Of a stretch of 27,856 nucleotides of DNA, positions 25,517 to 27,856 are shown piece after piece. The position numbers and the translations under genes were made by a program. The stretch comes from a virus (lineage: Duplodnaviria; Caudoviricetes). The DNA is taken from positions 1 through 27,856 of the IMG/VR virus record IMGVR_UViG_3300032288_004305. One strand, written 5' to 3'. Every line of letters begins with the position of its first letter. Within the stretch, counting starts at the first letter, position 1. The notes under the pieces are model-generated. The model worked only from the letters and a program-made list of their open reading frames with translations. It ran no database searches and was not told the origin of the DNA.

Positions 25517-26113
25517 ATGATTCATATTATTACACCCTGCACACGGCCAGAAAACCTAAACATAATGCGACCAACTGTGCCTACTGCGTGTTCTTGGGTA
25601 ATTGTGTTAGATGCTACACAAGCAAATGCTAATATTAGCTTTGATATACCTATTCATATTTCTGATCCTGCTAACTATAACTCAGCGATAACGCTTTATC
25701 GCTCCCCTTTTACTGGGCATGCGGGCAATCCGAATCGAAACTTCGCTCTTGATCAAATGACTTTTGATGACTTAGACTGGGTGTATATTCTAGATGACGA
25801 CAATATTGTTCACCCGAGCTGGTTTAATCGTGTGATTAGGTTGCAGGATGAGCGACTTAACATGATTAGTTGGGGACAAGTATGGAAAAACGGATCGGTT
25901 CGCCTACCACCTTCACCAAACCCTCGTGTGGGTAATATTGATACTTCCTGTTACATGGTTCGCGGTCGGTTAATGAAACACCTTCGATTCGATATGGATT
26001 ATTGCGCGGATGGTATACTTGCGGAGCGAGCAGCTTCATTTGGGGGTCATCTTTGCCTTGATGAGTATCTCGGATACTACAACTATCTCCGCACACCGCC
26101 AGACAGAGAATAG
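25517..26113 (+). CDS. Glycosyltransferase family 2-like (GT-A fold)
   Basis: IHIITPC, RNFALD, WVYILDDDN, NIDTS, ADG motifs. Confidence 0.8.
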   Translation: MIHIITPCTRPENLNIMRPTVPTACSWVIVLDATQANANISFDIPIHISDPANYNSAITLYRSPFTGHAGNPNRNFALDQMTFDDLDWVYILDDDNIVHPSWFNRVIRLQDERLNMISWGQVWKNGSVRLPPSPNPRVGNIDTSCYMVRGRLMKHLRFDMDYCADGILAERAASFGGHLCLDEYLGYYNYLRTPPDRE

Positions 26114-26139
26114 CAAAAACTGTAACGATAGTGTATAAT
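26111..26139 (+). promoter_or_regulatory. Putative promoter for tRNA-Leu and lysin
   Basis: TATAAT at 26134-26139 with a weak -35 (TAGCAA) 17 bp upstream; intergenic. Confidence 0.45.
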
Positions 26140-26169
26140 AACTAGGAAGGGAAATCCTTCCTAGTTATT
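26137..26169. repeat. 14-bp inverted repeat (terminator- or operator-like)
   Basis: AATAACTAGGAAGG - GAAAT - CCTTCCTAGTTATT. Confidence 0.9.
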
Positions 26170-26177
26170 TCATAGTT

Positions 26178-26263
26178 GCCGGAGTGGCGGAATGGCAGAC
26201 GCTACGGTCTTAAAAACCGTTGAGGGGGACCTCGTACGGGTTCGACTCCCGTCTTCGGCACCA
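26178..26263 (+). tRNA. tRNA-Leu (anticodon UAA)
   Basis: Acceptor GCCGGAG/CTTCGGC, anticodon arm ACGGT-CTTAAAA-ACCGT, long variable arm GAGG-GGGA-CCTC, T loop TTCGACT, encoded CCA; 86 nt. Confidence 0.95.
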
Positions 26264-26277
26264 AATAAGGAGGTTTT

Positions 26278-26832
26278 ATGACAGAGTCAATTCGCTTAGC
26301 TAACTGCTTAATTATCAATGGGCCTAATGTTGATGCATCTAAAATGAAGACTGCGCTTACAGCAAAGAACAAAACACTGCGATCGGAAGACGTAAGCCGA
26401 ATTGTTACGGCGTACGTGGTAATGGGGGAGATTTCCTTAATTGGCAATCTTATGCCGTTTGCTCAAGCTATTCACGAGACAGGGTGGTTTACCTCCAGAC
26501 GGTGGTTGGAGAATTATAATCCGGCCGGTATTGGCGCAACCAATGACGGTGCTGAGGGTGGTAAGTGGCTTACTCCCGAAGCAGGTATTTTTGCTCAATA
26601 TGCACACTTACTTGCGTACGCAGTTAAGCCTACAGCGTCGTATGCTGGCGTGATGATTTCTCAGCTGCAGTATCTCGCGAAGTGCTCGCCGCGATACACG
26701 ACTTTGGAGCGTTTAAATTTACTAGGTATTGCAACGAAATGGGTAGATCTAAACGGTCGCTGGGCGTATCCCGGCAAAACGTACGCACAGGCAATCGCAA
26801 AGATTGCCGAATTTATTGTCAATGTTAACTAA
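26278..26832 (+). CDS. Glucosaminidase (GH73-like) peptidoglycan hydrolase, putative endolysin
   Basis: AQAIHETGWF (catalytic Glu), YNPAGIG, LNGRWA...YAQAI; AAGGAGG RBS. Confidence 0.75.
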   Translation: MTESIRLANCLIINGPNVDASKMKTALTAKNKTLRSEDVSRIVTAYVVMGEISLIGNLMPFAQAIHETGWFTSRRWLENYNPAGIGATNDGAEGGKWLTPEAGIFAQYAHLLAYAVKPTASYAGVMISQLQYLAKCSPRYTTLERLNLLGIATKWVDLNGRWAYPGKTYAQAIAKIAEFIVNVN

Positions 26833-26843
26833 GGAGGACACGA

Positions 26844-27518
26844 ATGAAACCAGTACAAATTCCCTTGGAAATGGGGACGTATGGGGCAACGACCCCAACT
26901 TTTGCAGTAGACAAGACAGGGGCGATCTATACTACGACGGTAGGAAATCTGCGTGGAAGTGGCCCGTGGGGTACTCGTTTGTGGAAGATAGAGGTAGGCA
27001 AAAAAGCACAGCAGTTGTTTTTTGCCCCGGGAAATATTTCTTTAATTTCTGTAGACGGGAAAATGATGGTCGTATTTACCGACCCGTCAAATGGACGAGG
27101 GTATAATGCACCGATTTTTTATTTTGAACTTCCCGGGTTTATTCCTGCTGAGTCAGCAGTCTCGGGTACCACTGTTAACATCAATGATGCACAAGTTGCA
27201 GAGATGAAGCTTGCTATTCAAACTGCAACCACATTGGCCAATCGTGCGGTAGCAGCTGGCGATAGTGCTGCGACACTTACAAGTCAGGTGAACACGCTTG
27301 CAAATCGCATCGATGATTTAGAAAATCAAATTCGGCAGTTAGAGGCCCAGAAGCCAGCTCAATCGCTATCCAAGCAAGAGATTGCGGACCTCGTGTGGTC
27401 AAAAATCTGGGATATGCTTTGGATTCTTCGACAAGATATGTCAAAAGGTACAGCCAGTGATCCCAATTCGCAAGGATGGATCAACGATCTCACCGCGTTT
27501 ATTAAAAAGGTGCGGTAA
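26844..27518 (+). CDS. Hypothetical protein (beta-rich N-terminus, coiled-coil C-terminus)
   Basis: 224 aa, AAGGAGG RBS. Propeller-blade-like FAVDKTGAIYTT and heptad LANRIDDLENQIRQLEA. Confidence 0.6.
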   Translation: MKPVQIPLEMGTYGATTPTFAVDKTGAIYTTTVGNLRGSGPWGTRLWKIEVGKKAQQLFFAPGNISLISVDGKMMVVFTDPSNGRGYNAPIFYFELPGFIPAESAVSGTTVNINDAQVAEMKLAIQTATTLANRAVAAGDSAATLTSQVNTLANRIDDLENQIRQLEAQKPAQSLSKQEIADLVWSKIWDMLWILRQDMSKGTASDPNSQGWINDLTAFIKKVR

Positions 27519-27856
27519 TGCAAACGTTCGCTATTAAACCTTTTTTCGATTTTCGTGATGAGTCGTGGCCAAGTGAGGTAAGTGTCGATTTACCGAGTAA
27601 ATCAACTGTCAGTGTAGAACAGTACGCAAACTTTGTGTACTTCCATGTACACTACAATCCTGCCATGGAGACAATAGTTAAGCGTACCGTGTGTCTAATT
27701 GTGGCCGGGGAGGCTATTCCTGATGCTTATGAGCATATTGGTACACTTGTACCATTTCTCTCAGTTGACGAGGGGGGAGAGGTAGCTGAACAAGGTGATG
27801 AGCCACCAACAGAGATTGGCCCGCTTACTGAGGAAGATTTCTACAGTAATTATCGT
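27518..27856 (+). CDS. Hypothetical protein, 3' truncated (absent from supplied ORF track)
   Basis: TAATG overlap start. Frame stays open to the window end: MQTFAIKPFFDFRDESWPSEVSVDLP...AGEAIPDAYEHIGTL... Confidence 0.65.
   Translation, partial: MQTFAIKPFFDFRDESWPSEVSVDLPSKSTVSVEQYANFVYFHVHYNPAMETIVKRTVCLIVAGEAIPDAYEHIGTLVPFLSVDEGGEVAEQGDEPPTEIGPLTEEDFYSNYR

Overview
This is a 27.9-kb segment of a tailed dsDNA bacteriophage genome (siphovirus-like); every supported gene is on the + strand. Order: the 3' end of a tape-measure gene, then Dit-like, hub-like, two large unassignable tail proteins, a decapeptide-repeat tail fibre and its chaperone (3-11497). A perfect TTGACA-N17-TATAAT promoter precedes a head-tail-adaptor-like gene and a GT4 glycosyltransferase (11494-13325). 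A replication/recombination block follows: gp32-like SSB, primase, DnaB-type helicase, Holliday-junction resolvase, family A polymerase, RecA-like and Cas4/RecB-like nuclease (13469-21266). Regulatory and nucleotide-metabolism genes come next: a sigma-region-4-like HTH, an AP2-metallophosphoesterase fusion, an XRE HTH, ThyX and a DUF1599-like protein. Two more glycosyltransferases are bracketed by tRNA-Arg(UCU) and tRNA-Leu(UAA), followed by a GH73-like lysin and unknown ORFs. The best candidate for an undescribed system is the set of three glycosyltransferases (virion or DNA glycosylation), partly carried on a tRNA-flanked cassette whose tRNAs read the AGA and TTA codons common in the AT-rich genes. 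All assignments are by-eye motif recognition; no database searches were run and the host cannot be determined.
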